In this document: piece by piece, positions 55,441-64,000 of the stretch
Position numbering within the stretch: position 1 is the stretch's first letter
Layout of the letters: each line of letters opens with the position of its first letter
DNA from: an uncultured Candidatus Saccharibacteria bacterium
GTDB lineage: Bacteria > Patescibacteriota > Minisyncoccia > UBA9983
DNA: 64,000 nucleotides
NCBI GenBank assembly: GCA_964456855.1
Contig: CAYWCU010000002.1
Location: forward strand, 792-64,791
Direction: 5' to 3'
Position numbers and translations under genes: made by a program
The notes under the pieces: generated by a model
The model's input: only the letters and a program-made list of their open reading frames with translations
The model's database searches: none
Told to the model about the DNA's origin: nothing

Positions 55441-56358
55441 CTATTTTTTCCGTTCCTGAAATTTATACATCGTGACCAGCAACGGAGAGGCGAGAAATAC
55501 CGATGAATAAGTTCCGGCTGCGACTCCTATGATAAGCGCCAATGAAAAGAATTTCGTTGTTTCGCCCCCAAAGAAGAATACCGCCCCCAAGACGAGCAAT
55601 ACTGTCAACGAGGTGTTAATTGAACGAGTGAGCGTTTGGTGAACACTAACACTAACTGTGTCTTCAAAACCGTCGCCTATCTTTCTGTGCAGGTTCTCGC
55701 GAACCCTGTCAAAGACGACAATTGTGTCGTGAACTGAAAAACCTAAAATGGTAAGGAGCGCCGTTACAAACAAAACATCCACCTCCGCTCCAAAATATTT
55801 CCCTAAAATGGCAAACACTCCGAGTGGCAACATTACATCGTGGAAAAGCGCCACAATCGCCATTAAGCCGTATTTGAACGAAGAAACAGGTCTTGAAACA
55901 CTGCGGAAAACAAAGGCGATATAGAGGATAATCATCAAGACCACCAAGGCGATGGCAATCCATGATTTTTGGCGAAGTTCCTTGCCTATGACCGGACCGA
56001 TTGAATCAAAACGAAGTTCCTTCAGTTGGGTTTTTCCCGAGGCTTCGGCTCCGGAGTTCCCGAGACGAAGCGCCACCAAGAGTTTCTGGTGCTCGTCATT
56101 GCTAAGATTTTTTGAACGAATAATCAAACCATTTTCTCCCGTAGGTTGAACAATGGCGTTTTCCAAATTAATATTGGTCAATTCCTGTTTAATTATTGAT
56201 ACATCAGGTCTTGGGCTTTGATACTCAATTTCCACAAGCGAACCGCCGGTAAAATCAATACCCCAATTGAGTCCGAAGTAAAAAACTGAAAATATGCTGG
56301 CGAAAACAAAGATTCCCGAGATAGTGTACCAAATTTTTCTGTGTTTGATGATATTCAT
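55441..56358 (-). CDS. secF: protein translocase subunit SecF
   Basis: SecF topology and the SecD/SecF C-terminal TM bundle (LLTILGFSVHDTIVVFDRVREN). Confidence 0.9.
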   Translation of the reverse strand: MNIIKHRKIWYTISGIFVFASIFSVFYFGLNWGIDFTGGSLVEIEYQSPRPDVSIIKQELTNINLENAIVQPTGENGLIIRSKNLSNDEHQKLLVALRLGNSGAEASGKTQLKELRFDSIGPVIGKELRQKSWIAIALVVLMIILYIAFVFRSVSRPVSSFKYGLMAIVALFHDVMLPLGVFAILGKYFGAEVDVLFVTALLTILGFSVHDTIVVFDRVRENLHRKIGDGFEDTVSVSVHQTLTRSINTSLTVLLVLGAVFFFGGETTKFFSLALIIGVAAGTYSSVFLASPLLVTMYKFQERKK

Positions 56359-56363
56359 TTTTT

Positions 56364-57683
56364 TTAATTTCTAATTCCGCTTCCCATTAAAAATCGGCTG
56401 AATTTGTTATCTCCTTTAATTCCCAATGCCAACAAAAAAGTTCTGGAGATGGTAATCGCGGAAAACATACTGACTAAAACTCCAATTCCCAAAGTGAGCG
56501 CAAATCCTTTAACCATACTTGTTCCCATCCAATAAAGGATAGTGGCGGAAATCAAACTAGAGGCGTTTGAATCGCGTATGGAAAGCCACGCGCGGGAAAA
56601 TCCTTCGGTTATTGCGGCTGAAAAAGATTTTCCTTCCTGACGCTCCTCTTTCATTCGCTCAAAAATAAGGATATTGGCATCAACGGCCATACCGACGGAA
56701 AGAATAAATCCGGCAATTCCGGCGGAAGTAAGAGTAACGGGGATGAGTTTGAATATCGCCAAAACCAATATAGTATAAATCGCCAACGCCAGAACGGAAA
56801 TCAATCCGGGGAGGCGATACCAAAGAATAAGGAATATCGCCACTAAAATAATACCGTAAATTCCCGCCCTAATTCCTTTAAAAAGTATCTTCTCTCCGAG
56901 AGTCGGTCCAACGCTTTGTTGAGAAATAAGGGCGATGGGAACCGGGAGAGCTCCGGAATTTAAACGCTGAACCATAGTCTTGGCTTCTTTCGCCGTAAAC
57001 TGCCCTGTAATTTGAGCTTTTCCCCCCGTAATCTCATCTCTTATTACCGGGGTGGTTATCGGGACGCCGTCCAAAAATATAGCCAGTTTCTTGCCAATGT
57101 TGTTTTTTGTTATCTTGGCAAAAAGTTCCGCTCCTTTTTTATTAAAATCAAGAGTAACATAAGGTTCAAATGTCGTCTGGTTAAAATCAAGACGGGCTTT
57201 GCTTAAAAATCTTCCGGTCAACCCGGTCGGCAAAAAGACTTTATTGATGTCCGATCCTTCGGCAGCTTTAACATTCGGATTTTCCAGACGGAATTCAAGA
57301 AAAGGGGTTTCTCCTATCATTTTAATCGCTTGATTGACATTCGTAACACCCGGCAATTCAATGATAAGCCGCTGTTCCCTCTGCCCCACCGTCTTTAGAA
57401 TTCCCTTTTCCTCAACCTGCACCAAAGGTTCGGCGACACCGAAAAGATTGACGCGTCTTTCAATAACATCCCGCAACCCTTCCATCGCCCCGGAAATTTC
57501 AGCCGGCTTTATGGCGGACACATCGGCTCTGTAAACCAAATGGACTCCTCCCTGAAGGTCAAGTCCGAGTTTAAACGGCTTGGAAAATACTGAATTCGGA
57601 TTAACCGTATGCAAAATATCAAAATAGCCGACAATGATGCCGGTTAAAATAAGAAAAACCGCAATAATCCTGTATTTGGCCAT
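56364..57683 (-). CDS. secD: protein translocase subunit SecD
   Basis: GLDLQGGVHLVY..., periplasmic domains, C-terminal TM bundle (MAVDANILIFERMKEE). Confidence 0.9.
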   Translation of the reverse strand: MAKYRIIAVFLILTGIIVGYFDILHTVNPNSVFSKPFKLGLDLQGGVHLVYRADVSAIKPAEISGAMEGLRDVIERRVNLFGVAEPLVQVEEKGILKTVGQREQRLIIELPGVTNVNQAIKMIGETPFLEFRLENPNVKAAEGSDINKVFLPTGLTGRFLSKARLDFNQTTFEPYVTLDFNKKGAELFAKITKNNIGKKLAIFLDGVPITTPVIRDEITGGKAQITGQFTAKEAKTMVQRLNSGALPVPIALISQQSVGPTLGEKILFKGIRAGIYGIILVAIFLILWYRLPGLISVLALAIYTILVLAIFKLIPVTLTSAGIAGFILSVGMAVDANILIFERMKEERQEGKSFSAAITEGFSRAWLSIRDSNASSLISATILYWMGTSMVKGFALTLGIGVLVSMFSAITISRTFLLALGIKGDNKFSRFLMGSGIRN

Positions 57684-58024
57684 TTCAATATATGTTACGC
57701 CATTTTCTTTTTTTTTGCAAACTCAATAATCCACTTTAACGCCCAACGCTCGGGTAATACGACACCGGAGATAAAATTGATAAAAAATATCAACAATTTT
57801 TCTCTCGCGAAACATTAAAGCGACAAAAGCCCTCAATAAAGGCGTTCTGCGGAAAAACAACGCGCGCCAAACTACTCCGATTTCCCGACAAAAGGATTAG
57901 GGCAAAAAAACCATTCATTTCCATAATTTCTTCCATTTCTTTTTCCGGTTGTCCTCTTTTTCAATTCAGACGGTCTCCCGATTAAACTGTCGTATTCTCT
58001 TTTAAATATCTGGGGTTTTAATGC

Positions 58025-58840
58025 CTATTTGTTTAATTCCACTAAATTTTTGAAGACCATCGCTACCGTAAGGGGTCCAACTCCTCCCGGAACGGGTGTG
58101 AAGAAAAACGCCTTTTCCTCCACGGCCGAATCAACATCACCCACAAGACAGCCGTCTTTCACGGCTGTCCCGGCATCAATAATCGTAACTCCATTTTTTA
58201 CCATATCCAGAGAAATCAGTCCCGGCTTTCCCGTTCCGCTCACAATTATATCGGCTTCTTTAATGTGCTTTAAAATATCCCCGCTGTTTGCCCTGAGAAC
58301 GGAAACAGTGGCGCCGTGATTTATAAGCCAGACGGCACTCGGTTTGCCGACGAGTTCTCCGGCGCCGACTACGACGGCGTTTTTCCCGGAAGGGTCAAGA
58401 CCGCATCTGCCGAGAATTTCTTTTACAGCTCCAGCGACGGGAGGCAAAACATTTTCAATACCGGCGACAAAACGCCCTATTGCCAACGAAGACAAAACAT
58501 CAACGTCTTTGTCCCCGGGTATGGAATCAAGAACGCTTCGTTGATTAATGTGAGAGGGCAAGGGAAGTTGGACGATAACGCCGTTATTCTTTCCTTCTCT
58601 GCATATTTGAGACACTTTTTGGCTGAGTTCGGCAGTCGCCACTTTTAAAGGAAAACCATAAAAATTAACTTCTATTCCGAGGTCTTCGGCGAATTTTTGT
58701 TTCTGCCGAACAAACCTCGCCGAAACTTCATCTTCTCCAACTTGAACAATGCCGATTGCCAATTTTTTGCCGGAATTTTGAAGTCTTTCTTTAAGACTTT
58801 CTTTTATTTCTTCAGCTATTTGTTTTCCTTCAATTATCAT
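58025..58840 (-). CDS. folD: bifunctional methylenetetrahydrofolate dehydrogenase / methenyl-THF cyclohydrolase
   Basis: MIIEGKQIAEEI..., VVVGAGELVGKP, TPVPGGVGPLTVAM. Confidence 0.95.
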   Translation of the reverse strand: MIIEGKQIAEEIKESLKERLQNSGKKLAIGIVQVGEDEVSARFVRQKQKFAEDLGIEVNFYGFPLKVATAELSQKVSQICREGKNNGVIVQLPLPSHINQRSVLDSIPGDKDVDVLSSLAIGRFVAGIENVLPPVAGAVKEILGRCGLDPSGKNAVVVGAGELVGKPSAVWLINHGATVSVLRANSGDILKHIKEADIIVSGTGKPGLISLDMVKNGVTIIDAGTAVKDGCLVGDVDSAVEEKAFFFTPVPGGVGPLTVAMVFKNLVELNK

Positions 58841-58844
58841 GGTT

Positions 58845-60041
58845 TTATGATTTTAATATTTTATCTATTCGCCGGGCTATTCTCTTCATATCATTTTCCT
58901 TCATTCCCGCAGTCGTAACCGCCGGGGAACCGAGACGAATTCCGGAAGGATTATTCGGTTTGCGGGTATCGTAAGGTATGGCGTTTTTATTCACGATTAT
59001 TCCCTCTTTCTCCAATTTTATTTGCGCCTGAGCTCCGGACAGGCGCAAATATTCTCCCTCAACTTTTTTCCCCCATACGTCCACCAAAAACAAATGAGTG
59101 TCCGTTCCTCCGGAAATAATTCTCCACCCGAGTTTTTTCAATTCCGCGGACAACGCTTTGGCGTTTTTAACAACTTGCCGGGCGTATTTTTTAAAGGAAG
59201 GAGCGGATGCCTCCCGCAAAGCGACGGCTATGGCGGCAATCTGGTTGATATGGGGACCTCCCTGAACACCAGGGAAGACCGCTTTATCCACTTTTAAAGA
59301 AAGTTCCCCGCGAGAGAATATCATCGCCCCTCTTGGACCTCTTAATGTCTTATGCGTAGTAGTCATAACGACATCCGCCAACTCTTTCCCTTTTTTGCCA
59401 TAAAATGGCGAGGGGTGCTGTCCTGTGGACACCAAACCGGCTATATGAGAAATATCCGCCAAAAGATAGGCGCCGACCGAATCCGCTATTTCACGGAATT
59501 TTCCGAAATCAATCTCTCGCGAATACGCTGTCGCTCCGGCGATAATAATGACCGGTTTTTCTTTTTTCGCTATTTCCAAAATCTTTTTATAATCAAGCCT
59601 TTCCGTTTTTTCGTCAACTCCGTAAGAAATTTGCTTCCAAAATTTTCCGCTAATGGACATTTTTTGTCCGTGCGTGAGATGTCCTCCCATTTTAAGGGAC
59701 ATGCCCATAATTTTTCCGCCTTTTGGAACAAGCGCCAAAAAAATGGCGAGATTCGCCGGCGATCCGGAATACGGTTGAACATTTACGCTCCATTTTTCCC
59801 TGTCAAGACCAAAGAGCTTGAGGGCGCGTCTTTGGCAGAGAGTCTCAACCTCATCAACAACCTCGTTTCCTCCGTAATATCTCTTGCCGGGATAACCCTC
59901 GGAGTATTTGTTAACGAAAACGGAGCCAAGAGCCTTGAGTGTTTCTTCGGAGACAAAATTCTCGGAGGCGATAAGATTGATAACCCTTTTTTGCCTTCTT
60001 TTTTCTTTTTTTATCAGATTCTCAATTTTCAAGTCTTTCAT
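58845..60041 (-). CDS. glyA: serine hydroxymethyltransferase
   Basis: INLIASENFVSEE ... YSEGYPGKRYYGG ... TTHKTLRGPRGAMIF (PLP Lys). Confidence 0.95.
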   Translation of the reverse strand: MKDLKIENLIKKEKRRQKRVINLIASENFVSEETLKALGSVFVNKYSEGYPGKRYYGGNEVVDEVETLCQRRALKLFGLDREKWSVNVQPYSGSPANLAIFLALVPKGGKIMGMSLKMGGHLTHGQKMSISGKFWKQISYGVDEKTERLDYKKILEIAKKEKPVIIIAGATAYSREIDFGKFREIADSVGAYLLADISHIAGLVSTGQHPSPFYGKKGKELADVVMTTTHKTLRGPRGAMIFSRGELSLKVDKAVFPGVQGGPHINQIAAIAVALREASAPSFKKYARQVVKNAKALSAELKKLGWRIISGGTDTHLFLVDVWGKKVEGEYLRLSGAQAQIKLEKEGIIVNKNAIPYDTRKPNNPSGIRLGSPAVTTAGMKENDMKRIARRIDKILKS

Positions 60042-60108
60042 TATTTTTATTGTAGCCGAATTCTCTTTTTTTTTCCATTAAAACTAAAAGTTTGATATAA
60101 TAAAAACA

Positions 60109-60651
60109 ATGAGAATAAACGCAAAGAAAGGATTTACGCTGATTGAGTTGCTGGTGGTTATCGCCATCATAGGGTTGCTTTCCAGTATCGTTATGGTGTC
60201 GTTGCGTAAAGCGAGAATGAAGGCGCGGGACGCGCAAAGGATTGAGAATTTAAGTCAAATGCGAACGGCGATTGAATCTTACGCCAATGACCATGGAAAA
60301 TATCCGCCAACTCCTTACTATAGAAACTATTATTCAAGCACGGACGAAAGTTCATGGAATGAATTTCAAAACTTATTGAAACCTTATCTGTCAAAGCTTC
60401 CCAAAGACCCCGTCAATAACGGTAACCCAGAGATTACCGGCAATTATTCTTATTTCTATCAATCCAACAGCTTTCTTGGAGAATATGACCTGATAACGCA
60501 ACTTGAAAACAAAGACAATGGAAATCGCTGCGAATTAAAGTGTTGGAGATATCACAGTAGCGGATCGCCGGAAGCGTCATGGTGCAAAGGGAGCCCTTTG
60601 TGCGGAAGCCCTTCGTGGCCAAACAGCCCCTACATCTACGCGGACCATTGA
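60109..60651 (+). CDS. type IV pilin / pseudopilin with prepilin N-terminal cleavage-methylation domain, tandem paralog 1
   Basis: KKGFTLIELLVVIAIIGLL (class III signal with Gly-Phe cleavage site and Glu+5). TATAAT at 60096-60101. Confidence 0.85.
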   Translation: MRINAKKGFTLIELLVVIAIIGLLSSIVMVSLRKARMKARDAQRIENLSQMRTAIESYANDHGKYPPTPYYRNYYSSTDESSWNEFQNLLKPYLSKLPKDPVNNGNPEITGNYSYFYQSNSFLGEYDLITQLENKDNGNRCELKCWRYHSSGSPEASWCKGSPLCGSPSWPNSPYIYADH

Positions 60652-60691
60652 TTTCACGCTCAAAAACGAAAAGTTTGATATAATAAAAACA

Positions 60692-61243
60692 ATGAGAATA
60701 AACGCAAAGAAAGGATTTACGCTGATTGAGTTGCTGGTGGTTATCGCCATCATAGGGTTGCTTTCCAGTATCGTTATGGTGTCGTTGCGCAAAGCGCGGA
60801 TGAAAGCGCGGGACGCGCAAAGGATTGAGGATTTAAGTCAAATGCGAACGGCGATTGAATCTTACGCCAACGACCATGGAAAATATCCCCCACCTCCGCC
60901 ATTCAGTAGCTTCGCTTCCAGCGCCACCCCCTCTCAGTGGAACTACCTTCAAAATTTGTTGAAACCTTATTTGCCGAAGCTCCCCAAAGATCCTATCAAT
61001 AATAACGCCGAAACTTACATAACGGGAAACTATTCATATCTTTATTTGGTTAGCGGTGTCAACAGAACAAACTATGATTTGATAACGCAATTTGAGGATA
61101 AGAACAATGAAAACCGTTGCGAATTAAAATGCTGGAGGCGTTATAGCCTAGAGGTGGCAGAAAAGCCGACATGGTGCCAGGGTAATCCCCTCTGTGCCCC
61201 GCCACGAGGAGTATCCAGTCCATATATATACGCGAATCACTAG
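60692..61243 (+). CDS. type IV pilin / pseudopilin, tandem paralog 2
   Basis: N-terminal ~75 aa are near-identical to paralog 1 (2 substitutions, N47D and M28L), including the upstream 40 nt. The C-terminal half diverges but keeps CELKCWR ... C..PLC Cys pairs. Confidence 0.85.
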   Translation: MRINAKKGFTLIELLVVIAIIGLLSSIVMVSLRKARMKARDAQRIEDLSQMRTAIESYANDHGKYPPPPPFSSFASSATPSQWNYLQNLLKPYLPKLPKDPINNNAETYITGNYSYLYLVSGVNRTNYDLITQFEDKNNENRCELKCWRRYSLEVAEKPTWCQGNPLCAPPRGVSSPYIYANH

Positions 61244-61245
61244 TT

Positions 61246-62391
61246 TTACACTTCCAAGAATCTTTCGTCAAAATCCTTTCTACTCGCGGAACGGCCATAA
61301 CGGCGCATACCCATTAAAATACCCAGTCCCGCGAAAACAGTAATCATATGAGACCCTCCATAACTCATAAAGGGCAAGGTGATGCCGGTAACGGGCATCA
61401 TTCCAATGTTCATTCCAATATGAATGATAAAATGCGACATCAAAAAAATCGCCAAACCCATCCCGAAGAGGGATTCAAAATTTGTTTGCCCCAGAAATGA
61501 AATTTTCAATATCCTCCAAATAATAATTCCGAAAAAAATAAAAATAAAGGCTACACCGACAAGCCCCCATTCTTCTGCAAAAGCGGCAAAAATGAAATCA
61601 GTCTGATGTTCCGGCAAAAATTCAAGCCGGCTTTGCGTTCCAAGCCCTATACCTTTCCCGAGAACCTGGCCCGATCCGACAGCAATCATTGATTGGTAGG
61701 CGTTGTAACCCGATCCTCGGACATCCCTCAAGGGATGTAAAAAAGTCAAAACTCTTTCTTTTTGATAGGGCTTGAAAACAAAAAACCAAGAGGCGCCGAA
61801 AATCAAAGAGAAGAGCAAAAAAACAAGCAAAAGATGTTTTTTGCTTACACCGGAAACGACTATCATCCCAAGCCAGATAAAAAAAAGAATGATTGCCGAA
61901 CCAAAATCGGGCTGGAGAAAAACAAGAATGGCGGGAATAAAAACATAAAAACCGGAAACGATGATGTGGCGAATATTTCCAATCTCAACATGTCGCCGGG
62001 AAAAATATTTTGCCAAAATAAGAATAGTGAGAAGTTTGACCAAATCGGAAGGCTCAATGGAAAAAAATGATAAAGAAATCCATGAAGCCGCGCCTCGCAC
62101 CGTTTTTCCCAAAACCAAAAGGACTGCCAAAACGCCAACCATAACCCCCCAGTAAAGAGCCAGTGTTTCACCCCTGCGTAAAAAACGCCAATCAACCCTG
62201 CTGAATAAAAAAAACACCAGAAAAGAAATTCCTATCCAGATTAATTGGCGATTAAAAAAATAATCCCCTCCGGAAGACATTCCTCTTCCCAGCTCACGCA
62301 TTGTAATAAGCCCTCCCGCCAAAAGCGGGAGAGTGGATAAAAAGAGAATCCAGTCTATGTCCGGCAAACGCGAAAATAAATTACTTTTCAT
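61246..62391 (-). CDS. SEDS-family peptidoglycan glycosyltransferase (RodA/FtsW)
   Basis: 10-TM profile with SEDS motifs (GASWISLSFFSIEPSDLVK ... PEHQTDFIFAAFAEEWGLVG). Confidence 0.85.
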   Translation of the reverse strand: MKSNLFSRLPDIDWILFLSTLPLLAGGLITMRELGRGMSSGGDYFFNRQLIWIGISFLVFFLFSRVDWRFLRRGETLALYWGVMVGVLAVLLVLGKTVRGAASWISLSFFSIEPSDLVKLLTILILAKYFSRRHVEIGNIRHIIVSGFYVFIPAILVFLQPDFGSAIILFFIWLGMIVVSGVSKKHLLLVFLLFSLIFGASWFFVFKPYQKERVLTFLHPLRDVRGSGYNAYQSMIAVGSGQVLGKGIGLGTQSRLEFLPEHQTDFIFAAFAEEWGLVGVAFIFIFFGIIIWRILKISFLGQTNFESLFGMGLAIFLMSHFIIHIGMNIGMMPVTGITLPFMSYGGSHMITVFAGLGILMGMRRYGRSASRKDFDERFLEV

Positions 62392-63142
62392 GAGTCAAAT
62401 TAACCCTCAAAAAGATATGGCTTGAAACCGCTTTTTTTTCAAAAGGGGTGGGCCAAGTGAAAACAACAGGATAAGCAGAGTTTCCTTCTATGGATTTTAT
62501 TTTAGTTGAACTTACCGCCATAACACTTCCATCTTTATCATAAAGAACGGCCACCGCGAAAACCCCCTCAACCGGGAAAATTGATGTGTTGCTTATTTCC
62601 GCGCTCAGCCGGGGGAATGGAAGAGGAGTAAAACTTTTACTTGACACGACAATTTGAGGAATTTTCGTTTCTATTTTTTCCCACTTCAAATTTTTATTGA
62701 ATTCCACGAAGGCTTTTACTGGGAAACGTTTTCCAACATCTATGTTCGTTTCAAAAAAAACATATTCCCCTCCGGGGTTGATAAAGGTTTCTCCTTCGCG
62801 GACGGCGACAAGTATGTTTTTTCTGTCATAAAGTTTAATCTTATAATTGACAAGAGGAAGAGCTAAAGACAAATTTGGATTTTTTACAAGGACCGCCGCC
62901 TCGTATTTTCCATTATCAAGTTTAAACACTTTGCTCCAAACCACAATAATATCCCTTACCCGCCCCAAGCAGGCCTGACAAGGACCCCCGCAATCAATAC
63001 CCTCTTCGGCTTGATTCTGTTTTCCATCAGAACAACTCGGTTTATTGAGAGATATAAAAATCAAAAACAGCCCCGCGACAATAATCAGAATAAAAGCGGA
63101 AAGAAAGGTAAGCTGTTTTTTAACAGTCCATGGTATAGCCAT
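62381..63142 (-). CDS. membrane-anchored hypothetical protein (N-terminal TM, extracytoplasmic beta-rich domain)
   Basis: TM LTFLSAFILIIVAGLFLIFI then CSDGKQ...CGGPCQAC. Overlaps the rodA/ftsW start by 11 nt. Confidence 0.45.
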   Translation of the reverse strand: MAIPWTVKKQLTFLSAFILIIVAGLFLIFISLNKPSCSDGKQNQAEEGIDCGGPCQACLGRVRDIIVVWSKVFKLDNGKYEAAVLVKNPNLSLALPLVNYKIKLYDRKNILVAVREGETFINPGGEYVFFETNIDVGKRFPVKAFVEFNKNLKWEKIETKIPQIVVSSKSFTPLPFPRLSAEISNTSIFPVEGVFAVAVLYDKDGSVMAVSSTKIKSIEGNSAYPVVFTWPTPFEKKAVSSHIFLRVNLTHEK

Positions 63143-63199
63143 TGTTCTATTATAACACGAAATAAATTTAGAATCTCATACAATAAAAGTGGTTTTCCG

Positions 63200-63961
63200 T
63201 TATCGTTCATACAGGGTTGTAATTGGCATTAGTTCATTTTTCTGTTCAATTCTCTTTGAAACAATTTTGCCATGTTTCTTGAAAACTCTGAATGCTTTGG
63301 CGGATTTCTTGGAAGTTATAACCCTGTATTTATCATCAATAAATTCAATGGCGCAATTGTTATCAATGGCAATACCCATACCGCCAATTTTTTGAATCAT
63401 CTTACGAAAATGATTTTTTCTGAGAACACCAAAAGTTTGGCTGTTATAATGAGGACAGTGAATTCCCTTAATAAAACCTAAGCCACGGACATTAATGTAT
63501 TCCCATTTTTTGGGGTTGTAGAACGACATAGAATCACTATGCCCTGAATCAAACCAACATATTGAGCCGGCGCTGAGTCCGCAAAGTACAGTACCTTTTC
63601 CCCAAGCCGTCCCGAGGAGTTTATCAACGCCGAGATGCCTCCAAAGTTTCATCATTTTAAGTGTGTTTCCACCTCCAACATAAATAATGTCTGCACCAAG
63701 TATTTTATTTTTAATTGCTTTTGGCGATGGCGTTTCTTTGATTAGATAAAGAACATCGGTTTTACAGCCCAATTTCTTGCCAAAGTATTTTTCCACACCC
63801 TTATAATAATTTTCACTGTCCGAACTTGCCGTTGGAATAAATAATAACTTTGGGTGTTTTTTTTGCGCCAATCTAATTATTTCTCTATCTATCGCAAAGG
63901 TTTTAAAGTTTTTGATTCCATCGCCTCCAACTGCAACTATTTTTTTAATTATTTTTGTCAT
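63200..63961 (-). CDS. peptidase S51 family protein (dipeptidase E / cyanophycinase-like)
   Basis: ADIIYVGGGNTLKMM and LCGLSAGSICWF (catalytic Ser) motifs. Confidence 0.7.
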   Translation of the reverse strand: MTKIIKKIVAVGGDGIKNFKTFAIDREIIRLAQKKHPKLLFIPTASSDSENYYKGVEKYFGKKLGCKTDVLYLIKETPSPKAIKNKILGADIIYVGGGNTLKMMKLWRHLGVDKLLGTAWGKGTVLCGLSAGSICWFDSGHSDSMSFYNPKKWEYINVRGLGFIKGIHCPHYNSQTFGVLRKNHFRKMIQKIGGMGIAIDNNCAIEFIDDKYRVITSKKSAKAFRVFKKHGKIVSKRIEQKNELMPITTLYER

Positions 63962-64000
63962 AATCCTTGTTATGTTCCCTGTAGGACAGAAATTTGGTGC

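Overview
This 64 kb window is AT-rich and gene-dense, and looks like a Candidate Phyla Radiation (Patescibacteria-type) genome. Supporting signs are a secreted DUF5667-type protein, very many glycosyltransferases, tandem type IV pilin paralogs and a minimal housekeeping set (lepA, glmS, secDF, folD, glyA, rodA/ftsW, tRNA-Gly). Stop-codon usage is standard (code 11). Roughly 2.4-21 kb and 26-37 kb form a large ABC-transporter-dependent (Wzm/Wzt) surface-glycan locus. It carries about 12 glycosyltransferases (GT2, GT4, GT9, GT11 fucosyltransferase), at least 8 SAM methyltransferases and a sulfotransferase. Defence or mobile genes are repeatedly inserted into this locus (AbiEi/AbiEii, two solitary MazF-like toxins, an NYN protein, a Y1 transposase flanked by REP-like hairpins). 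Three of these insertions are bracketed by duplicated ends of the neighbouring glycosyltransferase gene. In-frame heptanucleotide tandem repeats (CAGCTNN/CTGACGG type) recur inside five GT genes and lepA. One such tract sits exactly at the frameshift of a tandemly duplicated, disrupted GT4 gene. Other notable content includes a divergent Elp3 (radical-SAM/GNAT) plus Trm9-like methyltransferase pair and a triple GH130 module with a mannose-type cupin. A ~5 kb AT-rich island is integrated at the 3' end of tRNA-Gly(CCC). It holds a controller-protein/PD-(D/E)xK nuclease/truncated methylase remnant, an HNH nuclease, KilA-N and an AlbA_2 protein. A group-3b-like hydrogenase beta/gamma/delta operon is present without the catalytic large subunit.
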